From NCBI RefSeq assembly GCF_964194155.1, contig NC_135899.1:34906001-34970000 (forward strand): a stretch of DNA of 64,000 bases. Reading direction: 5' to 3'. This stretch comes from Cetorhinus maximus (taxonomy: Eukaryota). Position numbers and translations under genes: made by a program. Below are positions 42,276 through 53,332 of this stretch, piece by piece; position 1 is the first letter of the stretch; each line of letters begins with the position of its first letter. Under the pieces are notes generated by a model, which did not search any database, had not been told where the DNA came from, and saw only the letters and a list, made by a program, of their open reading frames with translations.

Positions 42276-43451
42276 ATAGCAATTTAGCTGCTATACCCGG
42301 AGACACGTTTATTGAAATGTCTTTTAATGCCTTCTTTAAAGAATTTACCTGAGGGCCTCAGTCTTTCCCAAAAGCCCGGGCTTGGATTTGATTGTTTTGC
42401 CCAGTGCTGTGGCTGATAGCTGAATTTGGGATGTGCAGTCTGAGCGAGTGCAGTGTATCTAATTTCCCAGGATAAACCAGAACCCTTCAATCAGCTACAC
42501 TGAAGCAATATTTTCCTTAGCTTCCAGCATTTCCTGTCCAGTGTGTTTTCTTCAAATAACGTTGGAAAACAGGTGCAGAGGTTTAAAAAAAAAGATTGAA
42601 TTAACATTTCTCTTGAGTGTTTTTTATATTAAACATAATTAAAGGGTAAAACTGGTCTTCACCAGTACAACTCGAGCTCATAGTGAATTGAGAGCCCATT
42701 TTACACTCCGCCTGACTGTCTTTTCCATTGCCCCCACAGTGCCTGGGAAGATGGGGTCTGGGCAGTGAAAAGAAAGTAGTCACATTGTCACTATCCAGTG
42801 TCCCTGCTGGAAACAGGGGGTATGTGACAGTCAAGTGAGGAAAAAGAAAGGACTTGCATCTGATCCCCACACAGGGGAATAGCAGACTGGCACTCGCTGT
42901 GGAACAGTCTTTAATTGAGGTGTCAGCCTCTTCAGCAAAGGAGGAGAAAGAGTTGGTGGAAATCATGTTTCCTTTTTCTGTATTACAGAAGGATTGCACC
43001 GTACTACACCAGAGAATACAGACACCGCAGATAGATCCTGACCATTGCCCAAGGAATAACTGCACAACTGTGGGAAGACATCCAGTCCCTTCGCAGCATT
43101 GCTCAATACAGAGAAGGTTGGGCAGTGAAACCATCATCTGGAAATCAGTCGGGTCAGGGAAGCTTTCATCAGATCTGAAACTGGTCAGTGGTGTGGAACC
43201 TTCCACCAGAACCAATCTTTCCAAAGGTTCGGCTGTGGGCGATCGGTCAGGGTGAGCCTGGGAAGAAGTGTGAGTGGGCTCCAAATGTGGTGAGAGCTTC
43301 AATCATTCATTGAATTTCATAAACCATTGACTCATTCCTAGAGTTGAGAAGCTGTTCAAGTGTGAGGTGTGTGAGGAGGGCTCCACAGGCTCATAAAATC
43401 TCAGAAAACGCAGATGCATCTGTTGTCCTACCTGAAACACAAGGACAACAG

Positions 43452-44324
43452 ATGGAAGTGAAACCGTTCAAGTGTGAGGTGTGTGACCGAGTCTTCCCAA
43501 AGTTATCGACACTCGTGCAACATCGACACATCCACACAGGGGAGAAACCATTCACGTGCGAGGTATGCGACAAATCCTTCACATGGTCATCGAACCTCCG
43601 TGAGCACCAACGCATTCACACAGGGGAGAAACCATTCACATGTGAGGTGTGCGATAAATCATTTAGGCAGTCATCAGCCTTCTCTGCACACCAGCATATA
43701 CACACAGGGGAGAAACCATTCAAGTGCGATGTTTGTGACAAATCATACTCCTGGTTAATGAACCTCTGTGAACACCAACGCATTCACACTGGGGCAGAAG
43801 AGGTCAAGTGTAAGGTTTGTGACAAAGGCTTCACAAACTTCAGGAGCCTCCAGCTACATCAGACAATCCACACAGGAGAGAAACACTTCAATTGTGAGGT
43901 TTGTGATAAAGCTTTCGCGACGTCTTCAACCCTCCTTCGACACCAGAGGATTCACACAGGGGAAAAGCCCTTCAAGTGTGAAATTTGTGAGCTGGCTTTC
44001 TCCCAAACCTCTGATCTCCTGAGGCACCAGAGGATTCACACAGGGGAGAAACCCTACAAATGTGAGGTGTGCGATTGGTCCTTCACACAGTCATCGACGC
44101 TGGTAAAACATCGACGCAGTCACACTGGAGAGAAGCCGTTCAAGTGTGAGGTATGTGACAAATCATTCTCGGAATCATCACACCTCCGCAGCCACCGACG
44201 CATTCACACTGGAGAGAAACCATTCACGTGTGAGGTGTGCGACAAGTCATTCTCGCGTTCGTCGACACTTCGCGCACATCAGTGCATCCACATTGGGGAG
44301 AAGCCAGTCATGGACAAGGTGTGA
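43452..44324 (+). CDS. C2H2 zinc-finger protein, copy F (290 aa, 10 fingers), close paralog of B
   Basis: ATG at 43452 ([11 protein letters not shown]) is equivalent to the B start; acceptor at 42988; a frameshift ends the ORF at GEKPVMDKV* and leaves two fingers out of frame (44325-44465). Confidence 0.88.
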   Translation: MEVKPFKCEVCDRVFPKLSTLVQHRHIHTGEKPFTCEVCDKSFTWSSNLREHQRIHTGEKPFTCEVCDKSFRQSSAFSAHQHIHTGEKPFKCDVCDKSYSWLMNLCEHQRIHTGAEEVKCKVCDKGFTNFRSLQLHQTIHTGEKHFNCEVCDKAFATSSTLLRHQRIHTGEKPFKCEICELAFSQTSDLLRHQRIHTGEKPYKCEVCDWSFTQSSTLVKHRRSHTGEKPFKCEVCDKSFSESSHLRSHRRIHTGEKPFTCEVCDKSFSRSSTLRAHQCIHIGEKPVMDKV

Positions 44325-44484
44325 TAAATCATTCTCAGACTTATCGTCCCTCTGTACACACCAACAGATTCACACGGGAGAAACCTTTCCCATGTGAGGT
44401 GTGTGGCAAGTACTTCTCGAGATCCTCGGATCTCCTGTTCCATCAGAAGATCCGCACAGGAGTGAGTCTTCAATTGTGAGCTTA

Positions 44485-44960
44485 GCGTGGGGAAAGCTGT
44501 GCTCTAACTGCAAGAAGCTGAACCACTTTGCACATGCACTTCATCAGATCAAATAAGAAATTGTAAATCACATTCTTGGAACAGCCGAAAAAGATTTTGA
44601 TGAAAGAATGAATGAGTTGTTGGCACAAAAAGAAGCCATTTTGAAGTTGTTATCTCAAAAAGAGAATTTAAAATGTTTTGAGTCTGGAAAATGAACTTAG
44701 AAATGAGGATGTGCCTACAGCTAAAAGAGGAGACAACTTAACTATGGACTTAACTGAGACTTTCTTTGTAGAGTTTAAAAATGAGAAAGTTACAGACATG
44801 GAGACTAGTGAGGTTCAAAAGCTGAAATCAGCACAGACTGTTTTAAAAAGTGAGCTTGAATATTCACCTGCGAATAAGAATGAAGAATCTTCTTTTGCAG
44901 ATGGAACTTTGGATATCCGTGTTTCCCATTACAGCAACAGTTTTACTTCAACCTGTGTAT
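44485..44960 (+). mobile_element. Gypsy-type gag relic 3' of F
   Basis: AWGKLCSNCKKLNHFAH knuckle at 44485-44535 followed by E/K-rich coding-like sequence; homologous to 8601-8880, which has an internal deletion. Confidence 0.65.
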
Positions 44961-45989
44961 GAACTAGTTAATAAAAGGCCAAGGAGGGAATCCTGAACAG
45001 TTTTAGTTTCCGTCATTTCCAAAGGAAGCGGAATAAATAAAGGATTCACAAAACTGAGCCTGAGGCTGCACAGATCCACTGTGAGCAGAATTCAAACCTT
45101 TGGGAAAACTCCAACGGATTTAAGAGTCCAAAGTATTTTCCACTTGGTAACAGAGACTGTGAAAGAATGATGCAGAAATAATTCTACAATGAAAGTCTGA
45201 ACTAATGGCGGATCAGCTGTGGGAGGCAGTGCTATCCTGTATGTCACTAACTGTCAGACATTAAGTGGCTGCCAGTATGTGAGGTGTCCTGCCACGGCTC
45301 CAGTTATTAGACAATTATCTACATTTATCTGAAATAAGATTAAAACTTGTCCCTGCTCTGAACAAAAAGAAAAAAAATCTCCTCACCAATCATTTCATCC
45401 TCCCTTACTACCAGACTCTCCAAGTGAAGAGTGTTTTTTTGTTTTTGTTAAAGAAATAAATTACTTACTGGTTACTCCCCTGATTTATTCATTCCCAGAG
45501 TTTCTCCTCTGGACTCGTAACGTCAAATTGTGGTCAGTTTATGAGAATTGTGAGAATCCTCTGGTGTTTGTATCAGTCTGTTCCTCCCTCAGTTCTCTGT
45601 GCTGACTGTGTCAAAGAATTCACTTTTACAATGTTCATGAGGCAAAGCTAATTAAACTGTGAAAATATCATTGTAATCACCATTAATAACCCAGTTACTA
45701 TTTTTTGATTCAAACTGACTGCAGTATTAACATGGGAAGCAAGGCATCCGCTTCAAATGCTTTTTATCTGATTTTCAGATGGTAAATTTTTACCCGTTCA
45801 CATTTTTGATAGTATTTGAGTGTTTGGGTAAAATGTTGAATACATATTTCACCAGGAAATCTAGTTTAACATTGGTTACTTCACCAGCTTGCTCACACAT
45901 GAAAGTAACTACTGCTGCACACGATCATATAACGCAGTTCATACCCACTCATTAAAAAAAAACTGAACTGGTGTCCCTGCAACGATGAT

Positions 45990-46170
45990 ACCACTTCAAA
46001 TGTGAATGAAGACTGGCTGCTCAGCTGACCGAAGGCTGAGTTATCACATTGGAGGGGATGATGAATTTCTTCATCTCTGCCTGCCTTTGTCGAGAGGAGG
46101 CTCCCAAGGTACAGAAAATTATCCATGTTTTCTAGGACCTCTCCGTTGATCTTAATTTTAACTTCATCTT
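45990..46170 (-). mobile_element. RTE LINE fragment
   Basis: IKINGEVLENMDNFLYLGSLLS..DEEIHH....SAFGQL. Confidence 0.8.
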
Positions 46171-46558
46171 TCAATTTCGGTCTCTAAAACCTTCTGGACT
46201 CAACACTGATCTCAACAATTTCACATCATAAATGCTGCCCCAATTTTGTTTTCCTTTCCTTTTCAGATTTGGATTTTAATCTCGTTTCACACTTATTCCG
46301 ACCGCAGTTGTTCATCAATCTGCCATTCACACCTCCTCCAAACACAGGATTTTTTTACTTGTTCCGTTGCTTTTACAGAGAGTTGGCACAGACACGATGG
46401 GCCGATTGGCCTCATTCTGTGCTGTAACCATACTGTGATTCCATGTTTACCACTCCCTGTAACCATGCAGCACAAACTATTTTGTGATTTAATCTCTCTT
46501 GACTTCCACCCTATCACAGTCTTTATCTTTTGTTATTTTATCACACTCCCGCTTTCAC

Positions 46559-49500
46559 CACCCCTCTTCAAAAAATGCCCGCTTTGAAGAAGTATGGTTC
46601 TGTCCTCCGACAGGATTTCCGACTGTCTCTTCTGCCCTGCTCACCTTCATTGCTTTCCATTTCTCTCCTGGTGTTTGACAAGGTGTTTACTAAAACCCGC
46701 TTTCACAGCCATATCTCCTTTCTCAGTGACTGTCTCCGTCTCCGACTCACCCCACGTGGATTTCAACTGAAATTCCATCCCTCTTGTTTCGAACCCACCC
46801 AGGATTACAGGTATCTCCGGGACATAAAACGTTTCTCGGACTGCTGTTCCCGTCGCATTCTGAGATCCACACTCAGTGCCATGCGCCGCCATATGAACAC
46901 ACTCGACCTCTCCCTCCAGCAGCACCGCCGCACCCTTTTTCAAAGCTGCGCGTGCCCCCAGTTTCATTTTATTCTTCGCCTCATCCGTCGCCTCAACACG
47001 AAACTTTTTCTCTTTCTCTCAAGTGCTAAGGAACGCAAGCTCCAACAACTCATCGACTCCAACACCCATCTGGGACCCTCCACCCCTGCTTGTCCCTCCG
47101 TCCTCACCCCATCTTCCAATCCCAGCCCCAGCCGCATATTCACTATACCCCCTGACCTTCCCCTCTCCGATGCTGAACGTTCAGTGCTCAGCAAAGGACT
47201 TAGTTTCATACCCTTACGCCCTCATCTCAATGAATTTCGGGCTCGGCATGATGCTGAACTCTTCTTCCGCCGTCTTCGTCTCCGTGCTCACTTCTTTGGG
47301 CAGGAGTCCTCTCCCCGTTCAACGGATCCTTTTACCCACCTCCAATATTCTCCCTCCACTTGGACCCCTCCCTCTGGATTCTTACCTTCTCTTGATCTTT
47401 TCATTGAGAACTGTCGGCGTGACATTAGCCGTCTCAATTTCTCTGCTCCTCTCACCCTTCTAATCTGTCTCTCTCTGAACTCACTGCACTCCATTCTCTC
47501 AGGTCCAACCCCAACATTGTCATCAAACCCGCTGACAAGGGTGGTACTGTTGTTGTCTGGCGCATTGACCTCTACCTCGCGGAGGCTGAGCGTCAACTCG
47601 CAGACGTTTCCTCCTACCTCTCCCTGGACCATGACCCCACCACAGAACATCAAGCCATTGTTTCCAGGACTGTCACTGACCTCATCTCCTCTGGAGATCT
47701 TCCTCCCACAGCTTCCAACCTAGGACGGCCCGCTTCTACCTCCTACCCAAAATCCACAAACAGAACTGTCCTGGCAGACCGATCGTGTCAGCCTGTTCCT
47801 GCCCCACGGAACTCATTTCTCGTTATCTTGACTCCCTTCTCTCTCCCCTTGTCCAGTCCCTTCCCACCTACATCCGTGATTCCTCTGACACCTTACGTCA
47901 CATCAACAATTTCCAGTTCCCTGGCCCCAACCGCTTCCTCTTCACCATGGATGTCCAATCCCTCTACACCTCCATCCCCCACCAGGATGGTCTGAGGGCC
48001 CTTAGCTTCTTCCTTGAACAGAGGCCCCAACAATCCCCATCCACCACTACTCTCCTCCGTCTGGCTGAACTTGTTCTCACACTGAACAATTTCTCCTTTA
48101 ACTCCTCTCACTTCCTCCAAATAAAAGGTGTGGCTATGGGTACCCGCATGGGCCCCAGCTATGCCTGTCTCTTTATGGGGTACGTGGAACATTCCTTGTT
48201 CCAGTCCTACTCCGGCCCCCTCCCACAACTCTTTCTCCGGTACATCGATGATTACTTCGGTGCTGCTTCATGCTCTCGTCGGGACCTGGAAAAATTCATT
48301 AATTTTGCTTCCAATCTCCACCCCTCCATCATCTTCACATGGTCCATCTCTGACACTTCTCTTCCCTTCCTTGACCTCTCTGTCTCAATTTCTGATGATA
48401 GACTGTCCACCAATATCCATTACAAGCCTACCAACTCCCACAGCTACCTCGACTACACCCCGCTTCCTGTAAAGACTCCATCCCATTCTCTCAGTTCCTT
48501 CGCCTCCGTCGCATCTGTTCTGATGACGCTACCTTCAAAAACAGCTCCTCTGACATGTCCTCCTTCTTCCTTAACCGAGGTTTTCCATCCACGGTCGTTG
48601 ACAGGGCCCTCAACCGTGTCCGGCCCATATCCTGCGCATCCTCCCTCACGCCTTCTCCTCCTTCCCAGAAACATGATAGGGTCCCCCTTGTCCTCACTTA
48701 TCACCCCACCAGCCTCCGCATTCAAAGGATCATCCTCCGCCATTTCCGCCAACTCCAGCATGATGCCACCACCAAACACATCTTCCCTTCACCCCCCTTG
48801 ACGGCATTCCGTAGGGATCGTTCCCTCCGGGACACCCTGGTCCACTCCTCCATCACCCCCTACTCCTCAACCCCCACTTATGGCACCTCCCCATGCCCAC
48901 GCAGAAGATGCAACACCTGCCCCTTCACTTCCTCTCTCCTCACCGTCCAAGGGCCCAAACACTCCTTTCAAGTGAAGCAGCATTTCACTTGCATTTCCCC
49001 TAACTTAGTCTACTGCATTCATTGCTCCCAATGCGGTCTCCTCTACATTGGAGAGACCAAACGCAAACTGGGCGACCGTTTTGCGGAACACCTGCGGTCT
49101 GTCCGCAAGAAAGACCCAAACCTCCCTGTCGCTTGCCATTTTAACACTCCACCCTGTTCTCTTGCCAACATGTCTGTCCTTGGCTTGCTGCATTGTTCCA
49201 GTGAAGCCCAACGCAAACTGGAGGAACAGCACCTCATCTTCCGACTAGGCACTTTACAGCCCTCTGGGCTGAATATTGAATTCAACAACTTTAGATCTTA
49301 AACTCCCCCTCCCCCCATCCCCACCCCGTTTCTTTTCCCACCCCCCCGCTTTTTTTCAATAATTTATATAGATTCTTCTTTCCCCACCTATTTCCATTAT
49401 TTTTAAATCTAAAACTAAAACCTCTAGTCTTTCCACCCCACCCCCACTAGAGCTGTACTTTGAATATCCTGTCTTCCATTCTTAATTAGCACTTTTCTCA

Positions 49501-49776
49501 GACAAAGACCACCACCTTCAACACCTCTTTGACCCTTTTGTCTGTGACATCTTTTGATTATCTGCTCATCTCCACAATCATCACACCACACCCTCAATGT
49601 GTCTCTTCCCCTCCCCCCCCCCCCCCCCCACCACCTTAAACCAATTTATATTTCTCCTTTCTTCTAACTATGCTCCAGTTCTGCCGAAGGGCCATGAAGG
49701 CTCGAAACGTTAACTGATTTCTTCTCCGCCGATGCTGCCAGACTTGCTGAGTTTTTCCAGGTAATTCTGTTTTTGT
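46559..49776 (+). mobile_element. Near full-length Penelope-like retroelement (RT plus GIY-YIG), frameshifted
   Basis: IKPADKG, FYLLPKIHK, MDVQSLYTSI, GVAMGTRMGPSYA, RYIDD and VYCIHC..LYIGET..RFAEH motifs over three frames; 12-bp TSD TCCCGCTTTCAC at 46547-46558 and 49777-49788. Confidence 0.96.
49677..49715 (+). ncRNA. Minimal hammerhead motif (core variant CTGCCGA)
   Basis: AGTT-CTGCCGA-A-GGGCC-ATGAA-GGCTC-GAAAC-GTT-AACT. Confidence 0.65.
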
Positions 49777-49822
49777 TCCCGCTTTCACTTGCTTCAAACT
49801 GATCACATTTCCAACTTTTCCC

Positions 49823-49854
49823 AGTTCTGATGAAAGTTCATCGAAACATGAACT
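49823..49854 (+). ncRNA. Minimal hammerhead motif (intact CTGATGA and GAAA, shortened stem II)
   Basis: AGTT-CTGATGA-AAGTTCATC-GAAAC-ATG-AACT. Confidence 0.55.
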
Positions 49855-50759
49855 ATGTTTCTTTCTCCACAGATGCTGCTTGAGCTGCTGAATATTTCCA
49901 GCATTTTCTGTTTTTATTATCACAGTCTGAAAGGATGGCTGATCGGCTTTGGGTGACAATGAAAGAATATATTGGCTGAAAAGCTGTTGGACCAGTGGCT
50001 CACTGGTCCTGGGTTTGAATCCTGGACGAGCCCTTATTTGTTATCACTTATTGTCCAAGTAGCTGGTTCTGTTCTTTAAACTATTGTGTTGGGATTGACT
50101 TATCTCGGGAGTGGGTTTGAGAACCAGAGGACAGGATGCAGGGGGTTTGTGAACACAACACACGTGGAGAAAATAAAGACAAGTTTTCAATTAAAATTTG
50201 ACCATGTTAGCTGACTTTGAATTTCTCCCAATTCAAGTGACCCCATGCTGGGAAATCTGTTCAGTTGTCACCTTGTCTGAAAGAACAGGCAATTTGACAG
50301 ATCTGGGAGCCCCACAGCTTCCTTCTGATTTGACCAGATTTTATTTGTATTCTGGGAGTTGCACAAAACAGAAAGTGAGTCTTTTCATGTGGTTCAACAA
50401 ATCAAGTTCAGAGGGAATTGAAGCTCAGGAAAGTCGGACAAGATTAAAATCAATTACTGGGCAGGAAATGTCAAAGTACATTTTTTTTAGGGCAGCAAGT
50501 ATTGGAGTGACAGTTTCTTATGACAGAATCTACTCCCAAGATCATCCATTCACTTAACAGGAATATTAAACAACTAACCCAAAGAGCCAAAGTGGAAAAT
50601 TAAAATGACTGGTGACGTGGCTCTCACTCTCACCTCTTAGTCAGCAATCTCCTTCATTTTCCAGTGAAGCTTAACATAGGTTCAGGAAACAGCATCTCAT
50701 TTTCAATTGAGCAGAAACAAATGCCAAATGTTACAATGAACTTGGTTCAGTCTTCAGTG

Positions 50760-51496
50760 TGATTAACAGCAGAATCCAACCCTTGCAGTCACTTGTGAAC
50801 TTGCTGGTGTGTCAGCAGGTGAGATGACTGAGTGAATCCCTTCCCACACACACACACACACACACACAGCAGGTGATCGGCCTCTCCCCAGTGTGAACAT
50901 GCTGGTGTCTCACAAGTTTAGATGAAGCAGCCAATTCCTTTTCATACATGGAGCGAGTGAACAGCTTCTCCCCAGTGTGAACTTGCTGGTATGTCATCAG
51001 ATGCAATAACTGAGTGAATCCCTTCCCACACTCTGAGCAGGTGAACAGTCTTCCCAGTGTGACTGTGCCAATGAATTTCCAGCTCAGACAGGTAACAGAA
51101 TCCCTTCCCACAATCCCCATGTTTCTATAATTCCTCCATGGTGTGAGTGTCCTTGTTTCACTCCAGCTTGAACAATCAGTTGAAGCCTTGACCACACACA
51201 CACAACACATGTATAGTTTCACCCCGTTGTGAATGGTGTGATGCTTTTTTCAGGCAGTGTAACTGGTTAAAGCTCTATCCAATCAGTGCACCGGAACACT
51301 CTCACTCGGGTGTGTGTGTGTCTCGGTGCTTTTCTAGTCACACTGATGGGTGAGATCTTTTCCAACAGACAAACCTTTCTCCCTCCACATTCAAAGGAAA
51401 TGAAATTCTGGTCCTGATGAATCGACAGACACTGTCAGATATCGATGTGAGATTTGGTTTGAGTTTCCTTTCTGCAGATCCTTCCCTTCTAATACT
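50760..51496 (-). pseudogene. Decayed C2H2 ZF gene G of a second family (TGERPFTCSECGKGF type)
   Basis: ORF 50812-51222 LFTCSECGKGFTQLLHLMTYQQVHTGEK...; (GT)n expansion in a finger; acceptor CTCCTTTTACAG at 51497. Confidence 0.85.
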
Positions 51497-51599
51497 CTGT
51501 AAAAGGAGTTTATAAAAGATATCACTGTAGGTACAGGATAGAAATTCAGAACAGACAATTTTAGTTTCTATTAAACATTCTTTCCTCTCTTGTTTCTCA

Positions 51600-51815
51600 A
51601 CACACCTGGACCAATCAAACTAAAAACTAAAATCAGCAAGAAAATTCCACCAAAAGCAAATGGAACCTTCCTGACGAACCCAAGAATGTTGTTCCCAGTG
51701 TCTTTGAGAGACTCTGAACCCTGATGTGCCCACCGCTCGAGGAAGGTATCAAGTGTACAGGTGAACACCGCGTGCTCCCTCTCCAGGGCCACCCGGTCAC
51801 GGACAAGACCCCAGA
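51600..51815 (-). mobile_element. Tx1/L1-type LINE 3' end
   Basis: GLVRDRVALEREHAV...LDTFLERWAHQG...NNIL resembles Tx1 ORF2 C-termini (recognised from memory). Confidence 0.6.
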
Positions 51816-52450
51816 ACAACAAGAAATAGGAGCAGGAGTAGACCCATGGCCCCTCAAGTCTGCTCCAGCATTCAATATGATCATACCTGATCTTCTGCCT
51901 CAACTTCACTTTCTAACCACTCCCCATATCCCTTGATTCCCTGAGAGATCAGAATTCTGTCTCTCTCTCTCTCAGCCTTGAATCTGCTCAACAATGGAGC
52001 ATCCACAACCCTCTGGGGTGGAGAATTCCAAAGATTCACAAGCCTCTGAGTGAAGAAATTTCACTCAGTCCTAAATGATTGACTCCTTATACTGAGACTG
52101 TGTTCCAGAGCCCCAGGTAAGGGAAACAACTTCTCAGGGTCTTCCCTGTAAAGCCCCCTCAGAATATTAAATGTTTTAGTAAGGTCATTTTGAAGCTCAG
52201 AGTATAGGCCTAACCTGCTCAACCTTTCCTTATAAGACAACCCTTCATCACATGAATCAGCCTAGTGAACCTTCTCTGAACTACCTCCAATGTATATTCC
52301 TCTTGAAGTAAGGAGACCAGAGCTGTACCCAGTATTGTAGGTGCTGTTTCACCAATGCCCTGTACAATTGTAGCAGGGCTTACCCACTTTTATACTCCAT
52401 CCCTCTTGCAACAAAGACCCGACATTCCATTTGCCTTCCTAATTACTTGT
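51815..52450 (-). mobile_element. CR1 3' fragments
   Basis: Minus strand FTQRLVNLWNSLPQRVVDA and LVKQHLQYWVQLWSPYF. Confidence 0.8.
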
Positions 52451-52559
52451 GCCAATCTTCTAGCTTTGTTGATTTATAGAGGAGGGAGAGAAAGTAGAAA
52501 GAGGTAGGAGAGGGTGGGGATGAAGGAGAGGGACTTTGTGCATCTGCAGCTTGAGCAGA

Positions 52560-52870
52560 ACTTTAACAGAACCTCCCAACCTTTGAAATCCACCAGCCAG
52601 AAGAAGGGGGACAGCAGGCGCACAGGAAAACCGTCACCTCCAAGTTCCCCTCCAAGTCACACACTGTCCTGACTTGGACATAGATCACTGTTCCTACATC
52701 GTCACTGGGTTCAAATCCTTTAACCCCTTACCCAAAAGCATTCTGAGATTCCCATCACTATCCGGGCTGCAATGGTTCAAGAAGGCGGCTGACCACCAAC
52801 TTCTCAAATGCTAATTAGGAATTGGTAGTATATCTTGGTCTTGTTAGCGATGCCTACATCACCATAATAA
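52560..52870 (+). mobile_element. CR1-type LINE 3' end, second subfamily
   Basis: CAAGTTCCCCTCCAAGTCACAC...GGCTGCAATGGTTCAAGAAGGCGGCT..CACCAACTTCTCAA tail shared with the SINE at 22490-22856. Confidence 0.6.
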
Positions 52871-53332
52871 ATTATAAGAAGCAGCATGTGTAAAATGGAT
52901 TAAATGTTTCTACAGAAATACTTGTTCCCAAAATGAACGCTATTACATTTTTGGGATCATGTCTGTTAAGCAACCTAATTTCTACTTGAGACTACCTCCC
53001 GAGACCATCACACATCAGACGTTGTGCCTAACTGTACTCAAAAGCACCCAGGGTTAAACCCAGCAGCTCCACCTCCATCGCCACTTCAGTTCAAAATGAT
53101 GCAAACTTACACCCAAGGAAAAGGATCAACTTCCACATCCAACAGCTACCCCAGTGCAAACCAGCACTTAATGGGTCCGTCTCTACTTCTAGACTAGGTT
53201 CTGTGAGCAACACCTGCAAAAATACAAAACCAAAGCACTGTGAATGCTGGAAATCTGAAATTTAGAGGAGGAAATACTGGAATATCCAGCAGGTCAGGCA
53301 GCATCTGTGGAGCGAGAGAAACAAAGTTAACA

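Larger units (their letters stand above)
46185..49920 (+). mobile_element. Older Penelope 3' fragment (46185-46558 and 49777-49920) split by a younger Penelope
   Basis: PSGLNTDLNNFTS* at ~46190-46232; tail resumes after 49777 with a CTGATGA..GAAAC motif and CACAGATGCTGC. Confidence 0.7.

Noticed and set aside
42854-43255. Recurrent EQSLTEESAPSAKEERELEEIMFPF ORF (also at 816, 15143 and 24820) as a novel N-terminal domain
   Set aside because: It spans the polypyrimidine tract and acceptor; frames and stops differ between copies; recurrence is explained by DNA duplication
43344-43451. N-terminal extension of ORF F from a TTG start
   Set aside because: Non-ATG start in the degenerate leader; paralogs start at the ATG equivalent to 43452
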